Source: Polyangiaceae bacterium
GTDB taxonomy: Bacteria > Myxococcota_A > Polyangia > Polyangiales > Polyangiaceae
Length of the DNA stretch: 62,522 nt
Direction: 5' to 3'
NCBI GenBank assembly: GCA_033763455.1
Contig: JANRKO010000087.1
Coordinates: 1-62,522 of the forward strand
The notes beneath the pieces are model-generated. The model was not told where the DNA came from. It made no database searches and saw nothing but the letters and a program-made list of their open reading frames with translations. The position numbers were made by a program, and so were the translations under genes. Position 1 is the stretch's first letter; each line of letters opens with the position of its first letter. Positions 25,033 through 33,965 of this stretch are shown here, piece by piece.

Positions 25033-26457
25033 ATGGTGCGACCCCTTTGGCCTTTCTTACTGAGTGCCGCAATGGTGTGCGTCGGCCATACTGCGAACGG
25101 GGAGGTCCCGGCTCTTCCCGGCACGGGGGTTGGGTCGAGTGCGAGTGCTGGGGTGTTGCCTACCGCGCAACCGAGAGCCCGCGTTCCGCTTTACGATCTC
25201 ACGGCTTGCCTAAAGCTCGCCGCGGCCAATTACCCCAAGGTCAATGAAGCTAGGGCCAGGCTTCGGCAGAAACAAAGCCAACTTAGCCAGGCAGAGGCGG
25301 CTCCCTATTCGAACTTCTCCTCTACAGCGGGGGTTGGATTGGCCCCCACCACGCGTGGCACCAACATTTACAGCCCGGATTCAGACGCCTCTCTAAGTTC
25401 GGATCTCGGCTTGGGTTGGCAGGTGGGCATTGAAGGTGGCGTTCCGCTTTGGACTTTCGGAAAGATAAGCGGCCTAATCGAAGCGGCCCAGGCTCAGGTG
25501 CAGGTGGGGCAACACGAAATCTCGAAGGAAAGGAACTCAGCGCTCCTGCAGGTGCGAACAGCCTACTACGGTGTGCAGCTTGCGCGCGATTCGATAGCCC
25601 TTGTCGATGAAGCTAAGCGACGCATCGACAAGTATCTGCCTCGCTTGGAGCAGTCAGTTGAGGAAGGTGATGGCGACGACATTGATCTTCTGAAGATGAA
25701 GATGTACCGCGCCGATCTCGACACACGCTATGCGGAAGCTCGCCGGGAGGAATTCAAAGCCCTAAGTGGCCTAAGGTTTCTCACCGGCGCGACGGGGCTC
25801 TTTGACATCCCCGACGATCCACTGAGCCGGCTGCCTCACCGTTTGGCCCCCCTTTCCCGATACCTCGATGCAGCCCGCCTCTTCCGGCCAGAAATCAATA
25901 TGGCCAGGGCTGGCAAGGTTGCTCGTGCCGCCCAGTGGAATTTGGAACGAGCTCGTTCGTACCCGGACGTGGCTTTAGGCCTCAGCGCGAAGTGGGCGAG
26001 GGCGCCCCAGGTTACCGATCAGCGTAACCCCTTTGTTTCGGACGACGCCAACACGTTCCGCTACGGCTTCGCCCTCGGCATGAAGTGGAACCTAGATTTT
26101 CTCTCGCAATACGCCCGCATTGACGAAGCGAAGGCGAAGGTGGAGGAGATGGAAGCGACTGAGAAGTTTGCTGCCGGTGGAGTTGCGGTGGAGGTCGAAC
26201 AAGCTTTTCGGGACGCTGAGGCCGCAGACACACGGCTCAGATCCGTGCTGATCGCCCTCGATTACTCCAAACAATGGTTAGTGAAGGTGCAACAGGGCAT
26301 CGATGTGGGCACGATGGATGAACAGGACATCGTGGATCCGGCAAAAGAGTACGCCCTGCGGCGTTTCGGCTACATCAGCGCCATCTTTGATTACAATACG
26401 GCGCTTTCACGCCTTGCCCAGGCCACAGGTTGGGTAGCGGTGCTCGACGAGAACTGA
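25033..26457 (+). CDS. TolC-family outer-membrane efflux protein
   Basis: Signal peptide, PLWTFG, VRTAYY, RPE...YPDV and C-terminal YNTALSRLAQATG repeat pattern. Confidence 0.9.
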   Translation: MVRPLWPFLLSAAMVCVGHTANGEVPALPGTGVGSSASAGVLPTAQPRARVPLYDLTACLKLAAANYPKVNEARARLRQKQSQLSQAEAAPYSNFSSTAGVGLAPTTRGTNIYSPDSDASLSSDLGLGWQVGIEGGVPLWTFGKISGLIEAAQAQVQVGQHEISKERNSALLQVRTAYYGVQLARDSIALVDEAKRRIDKYLPRLEQSVEEGDGDDIDLLKMKMYRADLDTRYAEARREEFKALSGLRFLTGATGLFDIPDDPLSRLPHRLAPLSRYLDAARLFRPEINMARAGKVARAAQWNLERARSYPDVALGLSAKWARAPQVTDQRNPFVSDDANTFRYGFALGMKWNLDFLSQYARIDEAKAKVEEMEATEKFAAGGVAVEVEQAFRDAEAADTRLRSVLIALDYSKQWLVKVQQGIDVGTMDEQDIVDPAKEYALRRFGYISAIFDYNTALSRLAQATGWVAVLDEN

Positions 26458-26533
26458 GAGCGCTTCGTTAGTGAGCGGTGTTGGCTGTGGCTATGCCGGG
26501 GTGCGATTCCAGCCATTTACGCGTCCGATCAGG

Positions 26534-26614
26534 TGCCCCCACTCGCCGTGCTCGCGCATGGCATTCGGCTCGGGCGTTCTCCCCCAAACCCCGCTGACGC
26601 TTCGGCGGGGGAGA
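26534..26614. repeat. Palindromic intergenic repeat, family A copy 1
   Basis: TGCCCCCACTCGCC...GCTCG..CG.TCTCCCCC(loop)GGGGGAGA, shared with 39261-39342 and 48879-48950. Confidence 0.8.
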
Positions 26615-26645
26615 GGGAGTGCGCGACCCCGTGCGAGACTGACGT

Positions 26646-28931
26646 TCAATCACCGTCGAATGACGAATCATCGTCGTCATCGTCGAGATCGTCATCGTCG
26701 TCGTCCACATCATCGTCCGCGTCGGGAACATCATCGTCGAAAGACTCGTCGTCAGGCCCCTCCGAGGTCGGCGCGTCGTCCTCATTGGAAAGATCTGCAT
26801 CATGCGTCGATGCCTTGGGCGTGGCACCCGACGGATCGTCCCCAGGGGAGCCCGCCGCCGGGGCAACTACAGGTACGGCGGCCGTGGTCGGAGTAACACG
26901 CTCATCCAAGAGCTTTTCGACACTCGCAAGCCCGTTGCCGATGGCGTCCGTAACCATGTTAATCACGGTGGGGAGCGAACCTTTGAGGGCCTCGTAATAC
27001 TTCTGCCTCTCCGTCGAGTGGATGATAGCCGGCGGGTAACCTGCACGGAGCAAAAGGAGGTTCATGAGTAGGCGAGCCACCTTGCCGCTGTCGTGCGGGA
27101 ACGGGAACACCCGAAGTAGATCGTAGTGCACGCGCGCAGCGATGCGCACGGGCGTTTTGATCTTCTTCGCTTCAGGGCTTGCTAACCAATCGATAGCTTG
27201 GCGCACCTTGAGGCCGATTTTTTCGGGCTGAGCGTACTCATGGAAGTAAAGGCGGTGCTGGGGAATATCCTTCCGATACTTAACGCTCTTGATGTCCCCC
27301 TCTTCGGGGTGCAAGGTCACGTAGATTTTCTTGACGGTGTCCATGGTGATGGGCACGCGCTTCTTTTCGGCCAGATCTCGGACAAGCTCGATAGCCGCCT
27401 TGTGCCGGCGGATTTCCTCGCAAACCGGTTGGAGACTGGAATCCGGAACGACCGCGATGTTCGGATCGATGGCGGTTTTCAGCTCCTGAAAAGTGTAGAC
27501 AACGCCTTCCAGGGCGCTGTCGTGGTAGATCCACGACATGTCGAAGCTTTCGGCGTAGTCCCTCTTAAATGAGTCCGCTTGGAGTGCCAACCTGTTCTGG
27601 ATGAGCGCGTATCGCTCTTCGATGCTCGCTGGCGGGGGAACAGGGGGCGCGGGCGGTGGCTTCGGCACGTCTGGCTCAAAAACCTGACCCGCGGCGATCT
27701 TCTCTGCCTTCTCTGCCAGCAACTGCTCGGGGCTACGCAGGTTAGCGAACTTGCTCTGCATGCTTTGCAGGGCTGCCAGCGTGTCTTGCCTGCGAGTCGT
27801 GCCCGTTTGGTTGGGAACGGCATCTGGCCGATACACACGGCTGCCACCACCACGGGCGGCGCCACGGGCGGCCCGCCGTTGGGCACGCGCGACCTTCACC
27901 TCTAATAAACGCTTGGCGGCTTGACGCTCTGCGCGCAGGCGATCGCGCTCCAATTCCTTGGCCTTACGGTAGGCCTCGCGCTCATCTTCTTTGGCCTTGC
28001 GCTCGTCTTCCTTCTGGCGCCGAGCCTCTTCGCGCGCACGATCTTTTTCTTCCTGAATACGAAGCTTCTCAGCTAAGAGCGCAGCCTTCTCCCGAAGGCG
28101 CTCAGCCTCCTTCGCTTTGCGCTCCTCTTCACGGGCTCGCTCAGCCTCCTGCTTAGCGAGGAGCTTCTGCTTCTCCTTGAGGGCCTTCTCTGCGGCTTGC
28201 TGCTTGGCGAGCTGAGCTTTTTCGCGTTCCTTGGCGAGCCGGGCTTTTTCGCGCTCTTTGGCGATCTGAGCTTTTTCGCGTTCTTTGGCGAGCTGAGCCT
28301 TTTCGCGCTCTTTGGCGAGCTGAGCCTTTTCGCGCTCTTTTTCTTTGAGAGCTTTTTCGCGTTCCTTGGCGAGCTGGGCCTTTTCGCGCTCTTTTTCTTT
28401 GAGAGCTTTTTCGCGTTCTTTGGCGAGCTGAGCTTTTTCGCGCTCTTTTTCTTTGAGAGCTTTTTCGCGTTCCTTGGCGAGCTGGGCTTTTTCGCGAGCT
28501 TTATCTTTGGCGCTAGCAGGCGCCTGCTTGAGCTTGCCGGCAACCGGTGTCTGCTTAAGCTTCGCTCCCGCCGCCTTTTTCGATTTGGGGGGAACTGGTG
28601 CTGCCTTCTTGCCTTTCGCCTGGGGCTTGCTCGCGACCTTCAGGACAGCGCTGTGTTTGCCGCCCTTCGCAGGCGCTGGCTTGGCTTTCACTTGCACGTG
28701 AGACTTCTTCGTGGGCGCCGACTTTGCCTTTTTAGCCGCGGCTGCCTTCGCGGAAACGGACCCGCCCTTCACCGTCGGCGACTTGGGCTTTGCGGCCGGT
28801 GTCTTCTGAGAACCGGCCTTCGACGAGGTAGCTTTCGATGCTTGCGACCCACCCTTAGGAGCGCCCTTTTTTAGGGGAACCTTGGGCTTCGGAGCCTGCG
28901 TTTTCGTTGAGTTTTTCTTTCGCGATGCCAT
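26646..28931 (-). CDS. Fic-like domain protein with a degenerate motif, Lys/Ala-rich N-terminus, EK repeats and an acidic tail
   Basis: WIYHDSALEG and HYDLLRVFPFPHDSGKVARLLMN align to the Fic HPFxDGNGRxxR region; ATG at 28931. Confidence 0.85.
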   Translation of the reverse strand: MASRKKNSTKTQAPKPKVPLKKGAPKGGSQASKATSSKAGSQKTPAAKPKSPTVKGGSVSAKAAAAKKAKSAPTKKSHVQVKAKPAPAKGGKHSAVLKVASKPQAKGKKAAPVPPKSKKAAGAKLKQTPVAGKLKQAPASAKDKAREKAQLAKEREKALKEKEREKAQLAKEREKALKEKEREKAQLAKEREKALKEKEREKAQLAKEREKAQLAKEREKAQIAKEREKARLAKEREKAQLAKQQAAEKALKEKQKLLAKQEAERAREEERKAKEAERLREKAALLAEKLRIQEEKDRAREEARRQKEDERKAKEDEREAYRKAKELERDRLRAERQAAKRLLEVKVARAQRRAARGAARGGGSRVYRPDAVPNQTGTTRRQDTLAALQSMQSKFANLRSPEQLLAEKAEKIAAGQVFEPDVPKPPPAPPVPPPASIEERYALIQNRLALQADSFKRDYAESFDMSWIYHDSALEGVVYTFQELKTAIDPNIAVVPDSSLQPVCEEIRRHKAAIELVRDLAEKKRVPITMDTVKKIYVTLHPEEGDIKSVKYRKDIPQHRLYFHEYAQPEKIGLKVRQAIDWLASPEAKKIKTPVRIAARVHYDLLRVFPFPHDSGKVARLLMNLLLLRAGYPPAIIHSTERQKYYEALKGSLPTVINMVTDAIGNGLASVEKLLDERVTPTTAAVPVVAPAAGSPGDDPSGATPKASTHDADLSNEDDAPTSEGPDDESFDDDVPDADDDVDDDDDDLDDDDDDSSFDGD
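28197..28493 (-). repeat. 11 x 27-bp in-frame tandem repeat (EKAQLAKER / EKALKEKER)
   Basis: Seen directly in the DNA and the translation; the first six units form a 54-bp higher-order repeat. Confidence 0.92.
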
Positions 28932-29026
28932 CGGCGTAGCGGCAGCGGAAGCCAGATACGGGTGAAGCCAGGAATGGCTTGACAGTCGACGCTTGCGCCG
29001 CCGTCGGGTTAAGCAATGAGCCCGGG

Positions 29027-29056
29027 AAAGTAGTCGGCCGCCACCTAGCCCGTCAA
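29027..29056 (-). promoter_or_regulatory. Sigma-70-type promoter of the Fic-like gene
   Basis: TTGACG-N18-TACTTT on the minus strand, about 95 nt upstream of the ATG. Confidence 0.55.
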
Positions 29057-29142
29057 GCTCGGGGCGTACCTTTCCGCTCAAAAACTTCCGTAGGCTGCGC
29101 TTAGGTCAGCCCACAAGCCGGAAATCGCGCGGGTGCCAAGGC

Positions 29143-29967
29143 TTATTGGGCTGCGAAGTATTCAGGGAAAATTTCGCTCTGTGCCAGGGCTCGATCACGG
29201 CGTGTTAACACCTCGACGCCCGTGTCCGTGACAAGAACAGTGTGCTCAAACTGCGCAGAAAGGGCGCCATCTTTGGTCACGGCCGTCCAATCGTCCTCGA
29301 GCACCTCCACTTCGTGGGTTCCAAGGTTGAGCATCGGTTCGATCGTGAAGATCATGCCTGCTTTGAGTCGTATGCCATGCCCGCGCGTTCCGTAGTGATT
29401 GACCTTGGGTTCGTCGTGGAATTTCCGGCCGATCCCGTGACCGACAAAATCGCGCACCACCGAGCACCCATGTGCTTCAGCAAACTCCTGAATGGCCGCT
29501 CCAACGTCGCCCAGCCGCGCGCCTGCTCTCACCTCTGCGATGCCGAGCTCCAGACTGCGCCGGCACACTTCTGTAAGCTTTACAGCTTCGGGCTTTGGGG
29601 TCCCCACGTAAAATGTCGCGGAGGTGTCTCCGTAGTAGCCCTTGTAGATGTGGGTAACATCTACATTAATAATGTCGCCATCCTTCAGGCGTTCGGGGCC
29701 GGGGATCCCGTGGCAGACCACCTCGTTGACGGATGTGCACACGCTCTTAGGGAACCCGCGGTAGTTCAGGGGGGCAGGCTTCGCGGACTTCTTCAGCGTG
29801 TCTTCGTGCACAAAGGCGTTGATCTCCTCTGTCGTCATCCCGGGGCGAAGGATCTCTCCCACGCGGCAAAGCGTGTCTGCTGCCAGCGCGCAGACTTCAC
29901 GCATGAGCTCAATTTCCCGAGCAGATTTTATTTCGACCGAACGGGTCATAAATTTCAGCGACCTCAT
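29143..29967 (-). CDS. map: Methionine aminopeptidase type I
   Basis: CTSVNEVVCHGIP, DIINVDV, GHGIG, FTIEPM and SAQFEHT. Confidence 0.97.
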   Translation of the reverse strand: MRSLKFMTRSVEIKSAREIELMREVCALAADTLCRVGEILRPGMTTEEINAFVHEDTLKKSAKPAPLNYRGFPKSVCTSVNEVVCHGIPGPERLKDGDIINVDVTHIYKGYYGDTSATFYVGTPKPEAVKLTEVCRRSLELGIAEVRAGARLGDVGAAIQEFAEAHGCSVVRDFVGHGIGRKFHDEPKVNHYGTRGHGIRLKAGMIFTIEPMLNLGTHEVEVLEDDWTAVTKDGALSAQFEHTVLVTDTGVEVLTRRDRALAQSEIFPEYFAAQ

Positions 29968-30509
29968 GATCCAAACTCACTTAGGGCAGCAGCTCGCTCA
30001 ATGGCTTGGCGCATCGAGGGGCTGTTGGGCTCAATTCGGAAATGTGTCTCCACGGAACCCTCCACGTTAAAGGCTTTAAGAAAAATGATCACGGTGGTTC
30101 CCAGCAACTGGAGCCGGTGGCTCTCAAGAAACGCGTAAGCCGGAGCCCGCGCTGAAACAGAAACGGTAAATGCCTCGGTGAAGGCCGCCCCACGAATGGG
30201 CGCACCAACAGGTTCTAGGGTTAGGTCGAACGAAGCGCCGACTTGGGACGCCGTGGCCACTCGAACGGGCGCCACGGTGTCGGCTTCGGCAGTTCGCTTC
30301 GAGAGGGCTTGTCGACTCGCGGTGTCCGCGGAGAGAAAGCTTGGTTCTACCGTTCCCGGCGCGATGCTGTCGTCGAAAGCTGCTGAGGCGGGGCCAGCGT
30401 ATTCGGGTAGGTTCGATGCAGAAGGCGAGTGCGCCTCACGGTGAGGCGCGGAACAGGCTCCGGCAAGAAAAGCCAGTGTCGCTAGAAGTTTGCGCGAGCT
30501 TCGAAACAA
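29964..30509 (-). CDS. Hypothetical lipoprotein
   Basis: LAGAC lipobox; ATGA overlap with map; TTGACG-N16-TATTAG promoter-like element upstream. Confidence 0.75.
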   Translation of the reverse strand: MFRSSRKLLATLAFLAGACSAPHREAHSPSASNLPEYAGPASAAFDDSIAPGTVEPSFLSADTASRQALSKRTAEADTVAPVRVATASQVGASFDLTLEPVGAPIRGAAFTEAFTVSVSARAPAYAFLESHRLQLLGTTVIIFLKAFNVEGSVETHFRIEPNSPSMRQAIERAAALSEFGS

Positions 30510-30668
30510 GGGGGCACCAGAACCGATCTTTTTCTTCTAATAGTCGGACGGCGGGGTACGTCAAAGACCTAAGCCCAACTCTTTTCACCCATTACGCAGA
30601 AATTCTGTGAGTGCTACGGTCGCCGCCGCCGGCCCAGGCGGCTGGATTACCCGCTGGAGGATCTCCCT

Positions 30669-31607
30669 ATGAGAGCAACGCCCATTATCATAGCCCTTTT
30701 ATTGGCATCGATGCCGCTCACCCAAGCCTACGCCGCCAAGCCGGAGGCCGCAGCCGCAGCCGGCAAAGCCGGCAAACAGAAGAAAACGGCCAAGGCGCCC
30801 GCTGCCAAGGCAGGCGTCATTGGGGCTCAGGTGGGCCTCACGCCGAAGTCGTTGAAGTGGGGGATGGATCCGAAGGCGATCAGCAAGGTCTACGAGAAGG
30901 TGCTCGACCGCGAGTATTTGCCCCTTTACCGAAAGACGGAGCCGGGGGTTGAAATGCGTGCGCTCGACGTTGAGCTTCAGGACAAAAAAGCACTGATCTT
31001 GCGCAACGTCGTAGAGTTTGGCGCGCTCCCTACAGGCATCGATTCGACGCCACTCAAGGGTGAATACACGTACGGAAATGGCGAAAGCGTCACGTCCCTG
31101 AGGATGCGCAGCGGCCGGGTTCGGCACTTCTTTTTCTTCGACAACAAGTTGTGGAAGCTTTACGACGAGCACCCTCTAAAAAAAGAAAAAGACAAGGACA
31201 AAGGCCTAGGGGATTCGTTTGATTCTGCGGTTGCGGCCTTGACCAAGTCGTTTAAGGCGCCGCCAAAGTTCGTCGAACCCGACTACAAGCAGCAGAATTT
31301 CCGCGAAGCGCGTTGGCAGAGTAACGATCTCAACGTGCGTCTGCTCGATCGCGGCGACGTGATTGCTATTGTTTACGAGAACCGAGAAGTGGCGAACGAT
31401 TTGAGCATCTATCGGAAGAATAAGCCGGTGGATGAGCACGCCCTCAGCCGGGACGTTAAATCTGTGCTCAAGCAACCCGATGAGCCCCCCCCTGCCCAGA
31501 AAGCGGAGCAGGAGGCGAAGAAGAAGGCCAAAGGCAAAGGCAAGGCCCAGGCCGCAGCCAAAGCACCCGCCGCGAAGCCCAGTCCACTCGACGAAGAGGA
31601 CGAGTAA
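30669..31607 (+). CDS. Exported hypothetical protein
   Basis: GGAGG SD, signal peptide (AYA-A), globular core with Lys/Ala-rich ends. Confidence 0.85.
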   Translation: MRATPIIIALLLASMPLTQAYAAKPEAAAAAGKAGKQKKTAKAPAAKAGVIGAQVGLTPKSLKWGMDPKAISKVYEKVLDREYLPLYRKTEPGVEMRALDVELQDKKALILRNVVEFGALPTGIDSTPLKGEYTYGNGESVTSLRMRSGRVRHFFFFDNKLWKLYDEHPLKKEKDKDKGLGDSFDSAVAALTKSFKAPPKFVEPDYKQQNFREARWQSNDLNVRLLDRGDVIAIVYENREVANDLSIYRKNKPVDEHALSRDVKSVLKQPDEPPPAQKAEQEAKKKAKGKGKAQAAAKAPAAKPSPLDEEDE

Positions 31608-31652
31608 GCGTTTGGGGGGCCCCCGTACTCCGCGGCGGGCCTTCTGCGACCC

Positions 31653-31970
31653 TTACGGCGTGTTGGCGGGGTGGTGCGCATGGAGCCCAAGCTTTCTGGC
31701 TCCCGGCGGCACAATGGCTCCGGATGACACATCTACGCGCGCACCTGGCGCCACCGTGGCAATTGCGGGCTCAAGAATTCGGCGACGCACGAGGTTGTTC
31801 CCGGGGCATCCGGAATAACGGCCCCCGAGATGGAGGCTCACCAGGCTCTCACTCGCGGACACCAGGTAGAGCTCCCCACCGTCAGCAGCGAGCAGCGGAG
31901 CCAAGACGGTTTCCAGGAGTTCCACAATTGCTGTTGAACCTGGGGGGGTTGAGGAGGGCGGTGGCGGCAT
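31653..31970 (-). CDS. NifU/Nfu C-terminal domain protein (CxxC altered to YSGC)
   Basis: LAPLLAADGGELYLV...VSLHLGGRYSGCPG matches the Nfu domain; ATG at 31970. Confidence 0.85.
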   Translation of the reverse strand: MPPPPSSTPPGSTAIVELLETVLAPLLAADGGELYLVSASESLVSLHLGGRYSGCPGNNLVRRRILEPAIATVAPGARVDVSSGAIVPPGARKLGLHAHHPANTP

Positions 31971-32042
31971 GGTGCTGGGAGAGGATGGCGCGGGATGGGA
32001 GGCGACGGAGTACGTTGTGGCGAGAAGACGGTAGCATGACGC

Positions 32043-32071
32043 TTGACCGAGCCGCGAGCCTCCTCTAGTTT
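32043..32071 (+). promoter_or_regulatory. Sigma-70-type promoter of the rpsP operon
   Basis: TTGACC-N17-TAGTTT followed by a GC-rich discriminator. Confidence 0.7.
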
Positions 32072-32182
32072 CCCGGCCCCATCGTCGCCCGGGGGTCCCC
32101 TCGGCCGGCCTCGTTAGCGCCCCCAAAGGCTGGGTGCTCGGGGTAAGCGCTCTGGGCCATGTTCGATCGGTAAGGAATTTAA

Positions 32183-32431
32183 ATGGCTGTTCATATTCGG
32201 TTCGCCCGCCACGGTTCAAAGAAAAACCCATTTTATCGTATTGTAGTAACGGATCATCGCAGCTCCCGCGACGGCCGGTTTATTGAAAAGCTCGGCACGT
32301 TCGATCCGCTGGTCCAAGAGGGCGGGCTGAAGATTAATACGGAGCGTCTGGGTTACTGGCAAAAGCTGGGCGCGCTCACGTCCCACACGCTTGGCCGCGT
32401 TCTCGCTAAGACCGCTACCGCGAAGAGCTAA
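32183..32431 (+). CDS. rpsP: 30S ribosomal protein S16
   Basis: MAVHIRFARHGSKKNPFYRIVV...RDGRFIEKLGTFDP. Confidence 0.98.
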   Translation: MAVHIRFARHGSKKNPFYRIVVTDHRSSRDGRFIEKLGTFDPLVQEGGLKINTERLGYWQKLGALTSHTLGRVLAKTATAKS

Positions 32432-32492
32432 AGCTTCTTCGGTGTTTGCTCCGGTCGCTTATCTTCTTCCCCACGGAGTTAACAACTCACCC

Positions 32493-32729
32493 ATGGCTCT
32501 CAAAGAACTCATTTCAACCATCGCTCAGGCGCTCGTGGATGACCCTGATGCCGTAGAAGTCTCCGAGATCGATGGCGATCACAATTCGCTCATCGAGCTC
32601 AAGGTTGCCAAGAGCGACATCGGCAAAGTGATCGGTAAGGAAGGTCGCACGGCGCAGTCCATGCGAACGCTCCTATCGGCAGCTTCCATCAAGCTGGGGC
32701 GCCGCGTGCACCTCGACATCGTCGATTGA
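32493..32729 (+). CDS. khpA: KH-domain RNA-binding protein KhpA
   Basis: ALVDDPDAV...DIGKVIGKEGRTA; conserved position between rpsP and rimM. Confidence 0.93.
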   Translation: MALKELISTIAQALVDDPDAVEVSEIDGDHNSLIELKVAKSDIGKVIGKEGRTAQSMRTLLSAASIKLGRRVHLDIVD

Positions 32730-33238
32730 CAACGGTGGCGCTGGGCCGGGTTACCCGGCCACACGGGGTGCGCGGCGAGCTCAAGGTCGAGCTCTACAAC
32801 CCGGCCAGTGAAGTGCTCTTCGAGCGCCCCGACGTTTGGATCAAGGCCGGGGAGGCGCCTCCCCGCAAGGTCCAGATCGTTGCAATTCGCCGCGCGGACA
32901 AGCAGTTGCTCGTAACCTTTGACGGCGTGTTGTCGCGGGACGCGGCGGACGCATTCCGAGGCTCCGAGCTTTTGGTGGAGCGCTCCGCACTTCCCGCGCT
33001 GGAGGAGGGGGAATATTACCTAGCAGACCTGATCGGAGCCACCGTGTTAGGCCCCGACGGCAAACAGGTGGGCATTGTAGTGGAGATAGCGAACCATCCG
33101 AGCATGGATACCGCGTTGGTGCATTGCGGAAGTGGCGAGATGCGCGAGCTTCTGCTGGGTGAACACTGGGTGGAACGGGTGGATCCGGTCGCCCGCGTGA
33201 TCGAGCTTCGGACCCTAGACGGTTTGCTCGAGGCATGA
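32726..33238 (+). CDS. rimM: 16S rRNA processing protein RimM
   Basis: GRVTRPHGVRGELK and EGEYYLADLIG; operon context. Confidence 0.95.
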   Translation: MTTVALGRVTRPHGVRGELKVELYNPASEVLFERPDVWIKAGEAPPRKVQIVAIRRADKQLLVTFDGVLSRDAADAFRGSELLVERSALPALEEGEYYLADLIGATVLGPDGKQVGIVVEIANHPSMDTALVHCGSGEMRELLLGEHWVERVDPVARVIELRTLDGLLEA

Positions 33239-33248
33239 GGGGAACCCC

Positions 33249-33965
33249 ATGAAGGTTGGGGTTGTAACGCTATTTCCCGAGCTATTCGACGCGTTCGCGA
33301 AGACGAGCTTCATTGGGCGAGCCATCGAACAGGGCACGTTAGAGCTCGTATTTGAGAACCTGCGTGAACATGGCCTGGGCAACCACCGAAGTGTGGATGA
33401 CACGCCCTATGGGGGCGGCTTTGGGATGGTTCTGCGGGCGGATGTTGTGGTGAGCGCCGTGGAAGCCTTAGAAGCGCGCATGGGTGCGCGGTTACATCGC
33501 GTGTTGTTAACGCCGAACGGGCGTCGCTTTGATCAAGCATTGGCCCGCGAAATGTCGCTCGAAGCCGGAGTGCTGTTTATTTGCGGCCGCTATGAAGGCT
33601 TCGACGAACGTGTGAGCCATTTCGTGGACAGCGAAGTCTCCCTCGGGGATTTTGTGGTCAACGGCGGAGAAGTGGTTGCCATGACGATGCTAGAAGCCGT
33701 CGTGCGCTTGCTGCCGGGCGTACTCGGTCACGCTGAATCCACCGCTGAAGAATCCTTCAGTGATGCGTGTGCCGGGTTGCTTGAATACCCGCAGTACACT
33801 CGCCCCTTGGAATTTCGGGGCTTGGAAGTGCCCGAGGTGTTGCGCAAAGGGGACCACGAGAAGATCCGACGCTGGCGTACGGAGCAGTCCGAAGCGCGCA
33901 CCATGTTGCGCCGGCCGGATTTGGTGGGAGGCGCCAACCAAAACAAAAAGGGCCAAAAATCGTGA
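33249..33965 (+). CDS. trmD: tRNA (guanine37-N1)-methyltransferase
   Basis: TLFPE, VDDTPYGGG, CGRYEGFDER, SLGDFV and LEYPQYTRP. Confidence 0.98.
   Translation: MKVGVVTLFPELFDAFAKTSFIGRAIEQGTLELVFENLREHGLGNHRSVDDTPYGGGFGMVLRADVVVSAVEALEARMGARLHRVLLTPNGRRFDQALAREMSLEAGVLFICGRYEGFDERVSHFVDSEVSLGDFVVNGGEVVAMTMLEAVVRLLPGVLGHAESTAEESFSDACAGLLEYPQYTRPLEFRGLEVPEVLRKGDHEKIRRWRTEQSEARTMLRRPDLVGGANQNKKGQKS

Noticed and set aside
28073..28874. Alternative-frame and antisense repetitive ORFs over the Fic gene
   Set aside because: They are by-products of the 27-bp repeat, which is stop-free in several frames.
31608..31652. Additional inverted copy of the repeat family (GTTTGGGGGG...)
   Set aside because: Only the CCCCCAAAC tag matches; too short to count.
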